Assembly (NCBI GenBank): GCA_024704765.1
Contig: JAKMXF010000035.1
Span: forward strand, 3,166-67,165
DNA from: Oopsacas minuta
Lineage: Eukaryota > Animalia > Porifera
Length of the DNA: 64,000 bases
Direction: 5' to 3'
The position numbers were made by a program, and so were the translations under genes. How positions within the stretch are numbered: the stretch's first letter is position 1; each line of letters opens with the position of its first letter. The notes beneath the pieces were generated by a model. It saw only the letters and a list, made by a program, of their open reading frames with translations. It ran no database searches and was not told where the DNA came from. Below, one piece after another: positions 1 through 11,400 of the stretch.

Positions 1-412
1 GAAGTGCGAAAATTTGGTCTTCCTTCTTGTTACGAAGGTAACACAATTAGTTAACTGAATCATTTAATCATTGAATATGGATTAGATAGGGGAAATTTGG
101 GTTATTCGAGTCAAGTATCCACAAGCGAAGTAGGTCATAGTCATAACCAAGTTCATCTGTAGAGAATGAGGCAAAGTATATACATGACACCCAGCTGGAT
201 GATTAACCTCGCCCACCAGCATTTCCGCTATCCGCTATCCGCCCCTGATTATTAAACACACATGCCAATTACTTAAACAGTACCCAGTAGTCTAGTACAT
301 TTACTTTTTGCGTAATAGTAGATAGAATAATTCTACGATCTACAAACTAATAACTACTCTAATATCTACAGATTCTACACTAACGTAGCTATCTCCTATA
401 AACTAGTAAATA

Positions 413-2369
413 TCAATGGAAACCAATCTTCGTAAGATAACTGCCAACAGAAGACCAAACACCTCCTTTGGTCTGCTTTTCTTCTCTAATCTTTATCTTA
501 TATGCTTCAAACGGGTCAAATCCTTCCTCAGTAACCTAGGTCAGATTATCCACTTTCATCTTAACATCATTAAGGTATACAATTCGATCTTCCCACCCAA
601 GTTCAGCATTAGCTTTCTCAGATTCAATTAGAATGCGGATGTATTCACCAGTGGAGAGTGGATTCGGTTTAAGAGCTATCTCATTTAGTTTGTTAATGCT
701 CTTGCGCAATACTTCCGTTATGCAAATTACTTCTATCTGTACTGCTTCAAATTCGTCTACCATCTCTTCGACTGTCTGTGTGGCAGTTTTCACCTTACCA
801 CTTGCATCTTGGTATCTCTTTTTGAGTTCATCAGATGTTCTTTCCACCTTTCTACTTTCTGTTGTAAAATAATATGGCATATTCTTGTGTTGACGCCAAC
901 TACACCTAAAATTGCAAACTTTACACTTGGCGTTATCCCCTTCCGCCCCCATCCATAGCAGCACATCTATATTTCTCATCATCAGCAATACCACAAGGAT
1001 TATGACATGCAGAATTACACGTCAGACAATTAGTCACGTAGGTACCTTCCGGAAGATCATGTTTAACTATTGTATCCTCATTTACCATGTAAGTAAAATC
1101 TTCATTACGAGCAATATCTGATTTATGTTGTTCCACCACTGCAACTTCGCTCCTCAGTTGTTCCAACTTATTGAATCCAAGTTGTATTTCGAACTGTAAA
1201 CCCATAATTTCTGTTTCAATTCTTTCCCTCTCTTCAAGAACTGACTTAGTTTGGATTAATGATTTTGGTTGGATCTTTGAAAAATGACTGAAAAACTTTT
1301 CAAAACTTCTCATCCCCATCTGCCAGAACATGGAAGCGAATTCATCTTCTGTTGTATTATCATCGAAAATTACAGAATTATTGAATTTGAAGAATTCCTG
1401 AAAAGGCATACGAGCTTCATTAATGCCATTCAAGACCTGAGGCGCTTTACCATCTGCGAATGTTAGTAAAAGATATATATTCTCTCCGATATCTTTCCCA
1501 AATAATGCCAGAATTTGATCAAATATGTATTTTTGAGTGAAGGTAAGTCGAGGAAGTGATGATTGAGCTACAAACCCCACAGCATCAATATGATCTATCC
1601 CCTGAGCCCCTGGAATAGTGAAGAAGTTGTGGATCTGTTTTGTAATCTCTGCATCTCTCTGGATACCCCTAGTATCTCCGAAACCTGGAGTATCAATGAT
1701 TGTTAATGTGTGATTAACTGTAAATCCCTTTCGATGGTGAATAGTGTAAGCAGTGATCCATGAAGTTTGACTATGTGCCTGACTCCTCCCTCCATCGCCA
1801 TCCTCTGTCTCAGTGACCAATTTGAACCTGAACTCGTCAGTATACTTGACTCCAAACAAATAGTTGATCATACTATTGATTAGAGTAGTTTTTCCAGAGC
1901 CAGTGGCTCCCAGTATCATTATCACTTTTTCATTCTTCACATATGATCCAGTTTTTGATTTCCCAAATTCAAACTTTTTAATCTGAGTATCTGCACTGTA
2001 AGATGTCTGATTTAATTTGAGTTTGTAGATCTTAACAGTTGGTAATTGTGCACACATTTCTGATTGTTTTATAATTTCTGCTTTTAACCTATTATTGATA
2101 TTTTCGATATTTTCATGCTCGATTTCTTCCTTTATTTTGGTGCAAACAATTGAACTTAGCTTAGATGTGGTAGAAGAATACCCTGACAAAGTCCACTCGG
2201 TTTTCTTCTTGTCTGCTTTGGAATTCCTGTCAACAGTAGAAGATTTTACAGGCTTGATTTCCTCTTCATTTACAGATTCTACTTGTTGGTCATTTTCAAT
2301 CTGAGAGGAATATGTACTTGTTGCGACATTAGGCTGTGGAAGTGTCCGATTGACAGGTGTTAATGGATC

Positions 2370-2437
<68 letters not shown>

Positions 2438-2570
2438 GAGTATTTTGGGCTCCCGTTGTTCTCTCATCTCGATTCGACTGCGATATAAAGTCTCTTTGAA
2501 TTTTGATAATATAGGAGAGCGAAAAGATGAAACATATAGTTATTAGTAGAGAGAACAGTTCTAGAAGCAT
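413..2570 (-). pseudogene. Membrane-anchored P-loop GTPase (septin/AIG1-related family with Cys-rich C-terminal region), disrupted
   Basis: ORF 933-2570 has an N-terminal hydrophobic anchor (MLLELFSLLITICFIFSLSYII), polyQ, G1 GATGSGKT, G3 IIDTPGFGD and NCLTCNSACHNPC. It continues in ORF 536-994 (CKVCNFRCSWRQHKNMPY) after a +1 frameshift in the G run at ~946-950. The TAG at 536-538 is followed in frame by VTEEGFDPFEAYKIK...KIGFH to TGA at 413-415. Confidence 0.85.
2370..2438 (-). repeat. Pure (CAA)23 microsatellite encoding polyQ in the GTPase
   Basis: Uninterrupted TTG run on the + strand, 69 nt, in frame in ORF 933-2570. Confidence 0.97.
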
Positions 2571-3104
2571 GGTAACCAGACATTAGTTCATATAAAGATA
2601 TGAAACTTGTATTTATAGTAAATATTGTATTTTCTAATCTTCTGTTTATGTAACTAGAAGTTGTACGTTATGTAAACTTATAACATCAGTTCCAATTTCA
2701 AACCAATAATTCAAAGTTTCACACAGTAACTAACTCAACTTCTGATTCACGATTTCTTCGTGTGAGGCAACAGTTCTTCAATCATGTATAGAAGAAATGT
2801 TACGTAGTATTTTCAGATTTTTGTATTAAGCAACACATTGGACACTTATGTCGTAGTATTTTGAGGAGAGTATAGAATTCTGAGATGTAAGTATGCAACA
2901 CGAATTGTGCATGTGGTTAATTGTAATTTGGGGATAAATGAGTGCTGAGATTCTGTGTTACTTAAATAAGTTATAAACTCCTTCATTATCAAATGTCACA
3001 ATTTTTGATAACTCAAAATACTTTTACGTGAATATTATATTTGTTTTTCAAAAATTCTTCTCTAATGTAAATTCATTTTGTCATTTGAATTCTCACATTT
3101 GAGT

Positions 3105-4075
3105 AGATCCCGAAGAAGTCAAAGCCATCATTGAGTTCAATGAGTGCGACCAAATTCCAGGAACTCTCAGTCTACTAAATGTTTATGGAATTCAAGAGGA
3201 AGGCAAATAATTATACCCTCTCTGAGGAAGAACTTAACAGCCTTTTCAAGGTAGGTATCAAAAATATGTATTCTGTTTGTATGTGAACATTTAATAATAC
3301 ATATACAAATTTAGATCCTAAGATAATCTGAAAAATTGATACTATACAATATTTACTTATGTCTAGAAAGCCTCCAAGAGTGGCTACAGTTGGCTCACGG
3401 AAGTACCCAGTTGTGATGAAATTGGGTCAATCTTTGTATAATATCACGATCAATTAGGTCATCCTTGGATCAATTCTACAATACAAGCAATCCAGCAAAG
3501 ATACTATTGGGTAGGAATGTATCCAGATGTTCGAAATTATGTGAGTGTTAAAATGTGATATCAGCAAATACTCTACAAGTTAAAATGTGGATCGGTAGTC
3601 CATACTTGTATAGTTGTTCTGGCAATTCATAACAATCCAACTGAAATTTGCTTGAAATTTTGTTTTGTTTGATATACTTATAGGTAAAAACATGTGTTAC
3701 ATGTCAAGAGACAGCCGCTTTACCCCCATAACCTCAAAGGAAATTACAACCTATTACACTTCCAGAAACTCCAGAAACACCTTGGACGCACATAGGGATG
3801 GATCTATGCGATCTCCTTGAGACCCCTGAGGGATACAAACATATACTAGTGACAGTCTGCTATCTTTCCAAGTATGTTGTTGCAAAGCCACTCAAGGCTA
3901 AGACAACCACTGAAGTATCTGGAGAAGCGATGTAGAGATCATGGCAGCTTCGGCCCATCTGATTGTTGATATTTTCATCGCTAACAACGATTATCACGAA
4001 AGGGGATCTCTTTGTTGGAAGGTTGAAAGGTCTGAATTTGCTTTTGCAAATGGCTTAGGCTAAGAACTTTGTATG
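3105..4075 (+). mobile_element. Ginger/GIN-type (Gypsy-like) integrase remnant with two spliceosomal introns
   Basis: Spliced translation gives YHDQLGHPWINSTIQAIQQRYYWVGMYPDVRNY|VKTCVTCQE (HHCC zinc domain) then PWTHIGMDLCDLLETPEGYKHILVTVCYLSKYVVAKPLKAKTTTEV (rve core). Introns 3251-3314 (gtaggt..ttag) and 3541-3683 (gtgagt..atag). In-frame TAA; degenerates after ~3925. Confidence 0.8.
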
Positions 4076-4080
4076 AATAA

Positions 4081-4687
4081 TCAATATATGCAAATAAACA
4101 AAGTGTGTGTGTGTGTCCGAGCGTTTTCTCAGAGATGCATGGGCCGATTCGAGCCAAATTTTGTGTGTGTATTAAGTAGTACTCAACCTTTCCAATTACG
4201 AAATATTTTTCGAATCGAACCATTTTTGGACAAGATGTGTGAATTTTTCACACCTCGCCCATATAAATCAATACATTTTCTGAGGAATCTGATTGGTCAA
4301 CGTTGACCAATCAGATTCCTTCCTTCGTATAATATGAAAAAGTCTAGGAATTTGGTTCAATCAGATTCTACCAATTACAATAATTACTATTCACAGGTTA
4401 TTGATCCCGTGGAGTAATGTGGAGAAAGTGATACCCAACTTCTCCCAAAGAAGGACCATCTTACGAAACAAACAAGAATATTTTCCTATACAATTAGTAC
4501 AAACTTGATGATCCGTTATTGAGAAAAGTTAACGGATCATCAATTTTGTATTAATTGTATAGGAATAATACATGCGGACGCGTAGCGTTCGCAAATTCCA
4601 AAAGGCAATCGTCAGGGCTGAAGGGCACAAAAAGCATTCCGCAGGAACTAGCAGAAAAAGGCGCCCAGAGGGCAGCGTTACTGCTAG
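4081..4687 (+). mobile_element. Non-autonomous Helitron-like element, copy 1
   Basis: Shares blocks with 27731-28119 and 40460-40783 (gggccgattcgagccaaattttgtg..., palindrome, aagcattccgcaggaactagcag). (GT)n near the 5' end; ends CTAG|T after a GC-rich segment. Confidence 0.65.
4483..4565. other. 83-nt near-perfect hairpin (36-bp stem, 11-nt loop)
   Basis: Arms 4483-4518 and 4530-4565 are reverse complements with one G.U and one C.U pair. Confidence 0.85.
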
Positions 4688-5023
4688 TAAACAATATAAT
4701 TATATTTTGCCAATCGGTGTTTCGCCCATTTTACACTTAGTCAGGAATGTTGAAAGAAACAAACACGCTGTGTTCTACATTGCTTGATAATACAGAATGT
4801 AGGGTATACTAAAGTCCAAATGGTTCAGAAACTCTTCTATCTAATTCCATTATTAAAACTACGTGCCTATAATACTAGCTTACAAGTTGTGAATTATGGT
4901 TTTCCCATAAGGAACTCTGTTTCTAACGAAATGGACAAGTTGCCGAGGAGTTCGATATAATGAAGATTCATAATACCTAGCTCATGGATTTCTATTTATC
5001 TCATACAATACAATACTACCAAT

Positions 5024-5560
5024 CAGAGCTGCAAATGGGTCACTGACCCATGGGTCAATGGGTCAGATGGGTCACTTTTTAAGATGGGTCAGTGGGTCAT
5101 GACCCATCAAAATTGTATTTATATACAATGTATGCATAAAAGAGTTATTTGTCAATTAGAAAACCTTCTAAATAGAGTTAATAGAGGTGGTCATTATATT
5201 AAATGTTTGGAATACTACAAGTAAGAGTTTTAATCTCCTTGATTTGTGGAAGCAGAATAAACTTAGGTTTCCATTATTATCAATAATTGCCATGAGACTA
5301 TTGGTAATTCAGGCATCCTCATCCGAAAGCGAGAGACACTATAGTGCCTTTAATGCTCAGCATATCGTAACATCTCAACGGAATGCAATGTTGCCAGAAA
5401 CTATCGAAGCTGTCTCTGTTTTGTTGGAAGGATATAAAAACAACTTGATTTAATTATTGTGTTAGACTAAATACTTACATTATACTTGCTCCTAATAATG
5501 AAATACATAATGGGTCAGAATGGGTCATGGGTCACTTCATGTGACCCATTTGCAGCTCTG
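5024..5560 (+). mobile_element. Internally deleted hAT transposon retaining the C-terminal dimerization domain
   Basis: 20-bp TIR CAGAGCTGCAAATGGGTCAC / GTGACCCATTTGCAGCTCTG; 8-bp TSD CTACCAAT (5016-5023, 5561-5568); subterminal TGGGTCA repeats; ORF 5187-5453 LLDLWKQNKLRFPLLSIIAMRLLVIQASSSESERHYS matches the hATC motif. Confidence 0.95.
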
Positions 5561-6009
5561 CTACCAATAGTGTAAGAGAATAAATGGTGAAATGCAATTT
5601 CACAGTTCTGCTTACTTATTAGCAATTGCTCTAACAAATCATTAGACAATCCGACTTACTAACAGGCTAGCAATGTAATGACAATCAATTTTGTATAAAT
5701 AACGAGTGAGGAATAACATTAACTGTCTAGCCTAATATTTGTAATATATTTTAAATAATTATCATGGAAATCTGGTGATGTGTCATGGACAGAAATTATG
5801 TTTGGATGTAGCAATATGCATTCCATATAGCTCTGTTAAATGTTAGGCTCAGAAATAAATATACTATCAATAATGGATATATTTAATCAAACATTCGTTA
5901 CACATATACAATAAAAATATTATCAATATTACAGAGCTGAAAAGTTGAGATTGTTACTTCCGAAGATTAATCAACAATTACAAACTCGCCATACTCATCT
6001 TAGGCTTCA

Positions 6010-6314
6010 TCAGGGCAGCTCTCTGGGATTGTTGATGAGGAACTCTATATATTGCCTCAATTCTACTATTTCATAGGTCAGGTCAAGCAATTCGTTCTTC
6101 AGATCCAATATCACTTTCCAAACCTTCTTAGGATCTGTGCGCATACGACTGTCCGACGATATTTCCTCATTTTATTCCTCCTCCGTATTACTTGTATTTT
6201 TGTTCTCTCACTTTCAGGAATATTTCTGATTTTAATTCTCAATATTTTATTCAAATCCTTAATATCCATACATGTGATTTCCTCTTCGGTAATGTATTTG
6301 ATGTTGCTTGACAT
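6010..6314 (-). pseudogene. Small Maf-like bZIP, frameshifted
   Basis: ITEEEITCMDIKDLNKILR..IPESERTKIQVIRRRNKMRKYRR resembles the Maf extended-homology/basic region. After a frameshift at ~6155 the frame reads DSRMR...ILDLKNELLDLTYEIVELRQYIEFL (zipper) to TGA at 6010-6012. Confidence 0.65.
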
Positions 6315-6884
6315 TTTCTTTGCTTTTCTTGTATATTGTAGTGAATTTGTGAAGAATTTTCAAATATTTATACAAACATTTCAAACAGTACGTAGATATG
6401 ATTGAATGTACAATGAAACTAGCTTCAGGCAAGCATCAAGAGTATTCCAAAAACATTATAGTATAACAATAGCATTTCAAGCCTCTAAATTGAAACCTAT
6501 TGGAGAAATAGGTAAATCAAACAACAAATAACTTCTATAAAGCTCAGCTATACTATAGTACAGCTTTTGTGTATTAGCTTTTCTATGTTCGAGGAAAGGT
6601 CATTTGTTAGGCGTAATGAAAGCCACCTTTATGGAATGAGGGTATGGGGTTATAAGTTACAAAAACTGTACTATAGTTGATCTATATATACGGAATCTGA
6701 TTAAAGAAATGATCATCTAGCGAAAATTAACAATTACTGGATAGAATTAATAATTACCTGATTACTCAGAAGTGTTACGTTCGTAACAAAAGAAATACTA
6801 GAGTTTTATCACTTCGTATTAACCTAAATGGATTTTAGCACCTTTTTGACGTCATAGAATCACACATTTTCCCCGCCTTACTCG

Positions 6885-6886
<2 letters not shown>

Positions 6887-6939
<53 letters not shown>
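6887..6939 (+). repeat. (TAA)n microsatellite, ~17 units
   Basis: Read directly. Confidence 0.95.
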
Positions 6940-7246
6940 TCTCATTTTTACCGAATAGCTAAGAATAAATATTTGCAGAATTCAAACAAATATACTTTGA
7001 TAATTCAAATTATTGAAAGAATAACTAAATTAGAACTGAAACTAACCATACGACACCTGCACTACATACACTGATTGTGTAATTGTATACCAGACATAAC
7101 TCTAACCAAGAAAAATTCCCTAACTTTACAGTAATTACTATAGCAACCATTGATGTGCGTTGTTATTCTCAAGTTACACAAGTATAAGATAGAGTCTGTA
7201 ATAGTTAAAAATATTATTTCTAACAAACTCAAATCTAAACAATAAA

Positions 7247-8473
7247 ATGGCAACAAATCAGCCCATAATTGTACCAATTAATGAATTCGCACAATTCAAT
7301 TATGTCACTACTCAAATCAAGATTGTATTCGATCTCCTAATCCAGCAGCTGATCGCGAGGAGGGACGCTCTCCTAGGGAAACTCAAAGATATGAAAGAGG
7401 AATATTTATCAAAAGAGAGCACCCGTAAGGCAGCCATGGAGGAACTGGCCAATACCCAACGACACGTGGAGAAGCTAAGTCTGAAAGTTAATGAGAACAA
7501 AGATCTCCATCAACAGGCCACTGACCTATATCAACAGCGCATCAAACAGCTGGAGACTCCTACGAAACTCCAACAGCCATTTTTCTCTTGTACAATGCTG
7601 TCCCAACTACAAACTCAGATCGCTGAGTTCGGAGAGGTGAAAGAATGGGAGCTAGACTACTCTCTGAAGAAAGAACCTATTCTAGCTGTTGGGAAGCTTG
7701 GGAAAGGTAACAATGAATTGAGTGCTGGAGGTCTATCTCTAGATGAACCAAATCAATTAATTTACATAGCTGATTGTGGTAACAGTCGTATTCAAGTTGT
7801 GTCTTTTGAAGGAAAATTCTTGACAAGATTTGGACAAGACATACTCAAGAGCCCATGGGGAATAGCTGTGACAGAAGAAAGCGTCTTCATTACGGACAGC
7901 GAACTCCACGCTTTGTTACAGTTTAACAAGAAGGATTACATACTAGTGAAGAGGAGTAAGAACGGAGCAGGAGATGGAGAACTAAATGAACCACATGGAC
8001 TCTGTGTTGACTACAATAGAGACGTGTATGTTGCTGATTACTACAATCGCAGAGTTTCTATATTCTCCAAAGCTCTTGAATTTGTTAATTGTTTTGGTAG
8101 TCAACAGCTAAAATGGCCTCTGGATGTTAAAGTTACTCCTACTAGCATTGTAGTGCTAGATCAAAGTCCTAATTGTGTCCTCCTCTACTCGAGAAGTGGA
8201 CACCTTATGTCCTCATATATTAGTAATGGAAAGGATGATGTGGTGCATTATCCCGCCTTCTTTAGTTTGGATGTAGCAGGGAATATTCTTATCACTGATA
8301 TTAACCGTCACAATATCAAGATACTATCTCCATCAGGAGAACTAATACACACCATAGGGAGGGAAGGACATGGGAGAGGAGAATTTATACGTCCATTTGG
8401 TATCAGTATTTCAGTATTAGGAACTATTTTTGTTATATCTCTTAATCCTAATTTCTGTTTACAAGCATTTTAG
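7247..8473 (+). CDS. Intronless coiled-coil + NHL beta-propeller protein (TRIM-NHL-like, no RING/B-box), 408 aa, intact
   Basis: N-terminal heptads, then NHL blades (IYIADCGNSRIQV, PWGIAV, PHGLCVDYNRDVYVADYYNRRVSIF, GEFIRPFGISI). Confidence 0.92.
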   Translation: MATNQPIIVPINEFAQFNYVTTQIKIVFDLLIQQLIARRDALLGKLKDMKEEYLSKESTRKAAMEELANTQRHVEKLSLKVNENKDLHQQATDLYQQRIKQLETPTKLQQPFFSCTMLSQLQTQIAEFGEVKEWELDYSLKKEPILAVGKLGKGNNELSAGGLSLDEPNQLIYIADCGNSRIQVVSFEGKFLTRFGQDILKSPWGIAVTEESVFITDSELHALLQFNKKDYILVKRSKNGAGDGELNEPHGLCVDYNRDVYVADYYNRRVSIFSKALEFVNCFGSQQLKWPLDVKVTPTSIVVLDQSPNCVLLYSRSGHLMSSYISNGKDDVVHYPAFFSLDVAGNILITDINRHNIKILSPSGELIHTIGREGHGRGEFIRPFGISISVLGTIFVISLNPNFCLQAF

Positions 8474-11400
8474 TTTGTTGTTTGTGTTATTTATTAGAAT
8501 ATTTCCTTTATTGATATTATTCACATATTAAACTTGTTATTTATATTTATTTGCAGTTTAAGTGTTAGGCATTGAGAACTTTGATGAAACCAAATTCATT
8601 TGTTAAACATTTCCATAATTCATTCTCTGAGAAGCGGACATATCCTTATAACAGACAAATCCACTTCCCAATCTGTCCTCTCTTCTGTATTTTGTCAAGC
8701 TTAACCTAAGTTGACGAATTCATAGAAATATCCTCAAGAATAATGAATATAATTCAAAATGAATTATTCATTATTCATGAATTAGTCAACTTGGAGCTTA
8801 ACTAATTATATACGAATTACTTTCCATAAATAGATTCTTATTTCATACTAATACGATTTGTGATTAAGAAATCTATCTGAGACCGCTATCTGTTTCCCGC
8901 GCGTTTGTCCAAGATTTCCCCGCCCGAATCCAGATATCATACAAAGAGCTTATTGCTGCGAAACAGTTTCTTGACAACCAACCGAAGGTTAAGAATGTCC
9001 CCCATAATGGATTGAAACATGGAAATGAGAGAATTCGACTACTCAGTGACGAAACTCAACGAATACTAATACGTGAAATAACCCCGCCTAAAAAGTAACA
9101 CACGTGACATTCAAACGACACTACTTCGTATCCTAGCAACCATGGAATGCTACGATTTCCCAAAGTAATCAATTCGATATTGAGGTGTGAAAATCTAAAC
9201 AGACAACCAAAGATTCTCAGAATACGAACACGCAGGATTTGTGGGAAAAATTCAACCGATGTTCTTCTCAATTAGCAGAAATACATAGGCATAAAGAAAC
9301 TGGAAAATATTCTGCTAGAGATATTGACAGAGCTAAAATGTTATGGCGAGTTCATGGGGGAATTGTTGTCATTTGTTAAATCAAATATTTGTACAATCAT
9401 AGTGTAATATAACGAAATAAACACAAGATTGATACTTCATACAAATTCCAAATTCCAAATTGAGTATTAGGCAATCATGGAGACGTGTCATAAGTCAGTC
9501 GTTGGTCATGGGTCGAACCATTCCTATCTGATATGGTCCTGTTTTAGCTGTTCATTAATTACAAATATTATTATTATTCTTTAGTGATGAAATGTGTCAA
9601 ATAACTGCTAATATGATAATCACAGATATAGAATTCTGTATATCTCATCCTATTGAAAACGAATTGTGGTATACTGGGATATATTTGGTGATAGAGTTTC
9701 TCAGAGATAGGTCAAGACACAATCATGGTAAGTTACCGGAAATACACACCTACAGTTACGTACTTAACGACCCATTTGTAGCTGATTCACTTGAGGTTTT
9801 CTTGAAATCTTATATTTCAATTCCCTGTCTTTCTATTTGTATATTCATAATTACATGTAATATGAATTTTTCACTCTTTTCTGAGAAAATGCTATTAATA
9901 CCCAATAACTTCCTTTATTCTAGAACTGTGCTATTCAAACTTTCTAGGTCGCGGCCTCAAAATATCTCCATCACAATTCCACGGATCCCTGCTTTTGGTC
10001 TCACTTTAATAAATATACTTTGTTATTATTATTGTATTATATCAGTATTGTCAATTAACTCATCTTCATCAGATCCCGAAATATCTTGACAATCTGTATA
10101 GAGTCTATTACCTTAGTTAGGTAAGTATCCAGTCATCCCCACTTTCGTTTGGTGATAAATTTCCTTTTAGCGCTATTGCTATTTAGCGTTCCATTTCCTT
10201 CTGAAACCCTCTATACAATTCGTGAATTTCGTTAACTTTAATTCTTGTAAGTCAATGGACAGAATTTCCTTTAATCTATTCTCGTACTCCTTCAACATCA
10301 TTACAGCTTCTGAAGGTGTTACCTGGCTCGTGTTTGTTGCCATTTCAAATATTCTTTGTCTTCAGTTTATATTTATGTATTATAAATGTTGTATCAGTTC
10401 TTTTTATAGAAATATCTCTTCTTTATATTTTGTATTAGAATTAAGTTATACTTTCAATGTGAAGTAATGTGTTTCATAATGTGGCTTAATAATCGACACA
10501 ATTAGCGACACAATTACATAATTGCTTTCTATGAAACTGAAATCTCAAAATTTCATTTTCAATGTGAAAGTACTATTTTAGATATTATTGTTGTTTACTT
10601 AAGGGAGTATAATCATAGTGACGTAATGATAATCTATTAATAGCGCTTAGGAAGTTATAATAATGATAAGTATTGCTATTACTAACCACAAATCTCTAAT
10701 ATAATTCTGTGTAATGTTTGTAATATAATTAACTGTAATGTATTTGTATTGATGGAGACTGTAATTCTATTGGTCAATACATCCTATTAAATCAATGAAT
10801 ACTGATATTCAGTTTGAGCGGTTTCAATATTGTACTAAATATATATACACACTGATTTATCATATGATTAATCATATTTTCACACCTTCTGGTGAACATT
10901 TCAAAATTATCCTAGAGATTAGCTTCCACGTATTAAATAGGGGTAAACAGGGACGTAGAATTCGATTTTAACATTTTACATGTCTAACAAGATTAGTAAA
11001 TTCAATTTTATTTCTTTGCTAAAATAGATATTTAGTATAATACCATAATTCCTCTATCCATGTCGGCACCGGAGAGAGACACTTATGTACAAGACAAGTG
11101 CGACATTTGTGTACAGATTTCTGTATATTATGTAAAGATTAAGATCCATCTATTAAATTTACAAGTATTGTAGTTTCTTATAAGTTACAATTTGGTCTAA
11201 GAGAATGATCCACGCAGAAAAATATTCAAGCATATTGTTGTTACTATGTCAAGTGTTTGTGTATTATTCACCATGCAAATAAGTGTACTATTAACTAATC
11301 ACATGAATTGTTATCGTGTAACTCATTCAAAAATTAGTTGTTGAAATTCATAATGAGTTGATACAGGTTCGCTCATGATTGTAAATACGTAGGATTGCTT

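Noticed and set aside
9500-10345. Minus-strand coding-like remnant (MATNTSQVTPSEAVMMLKEYENRLKEIL...), possibly another NHL pseudogene
   Set aside because: Too many stops and shifts to assign a family.
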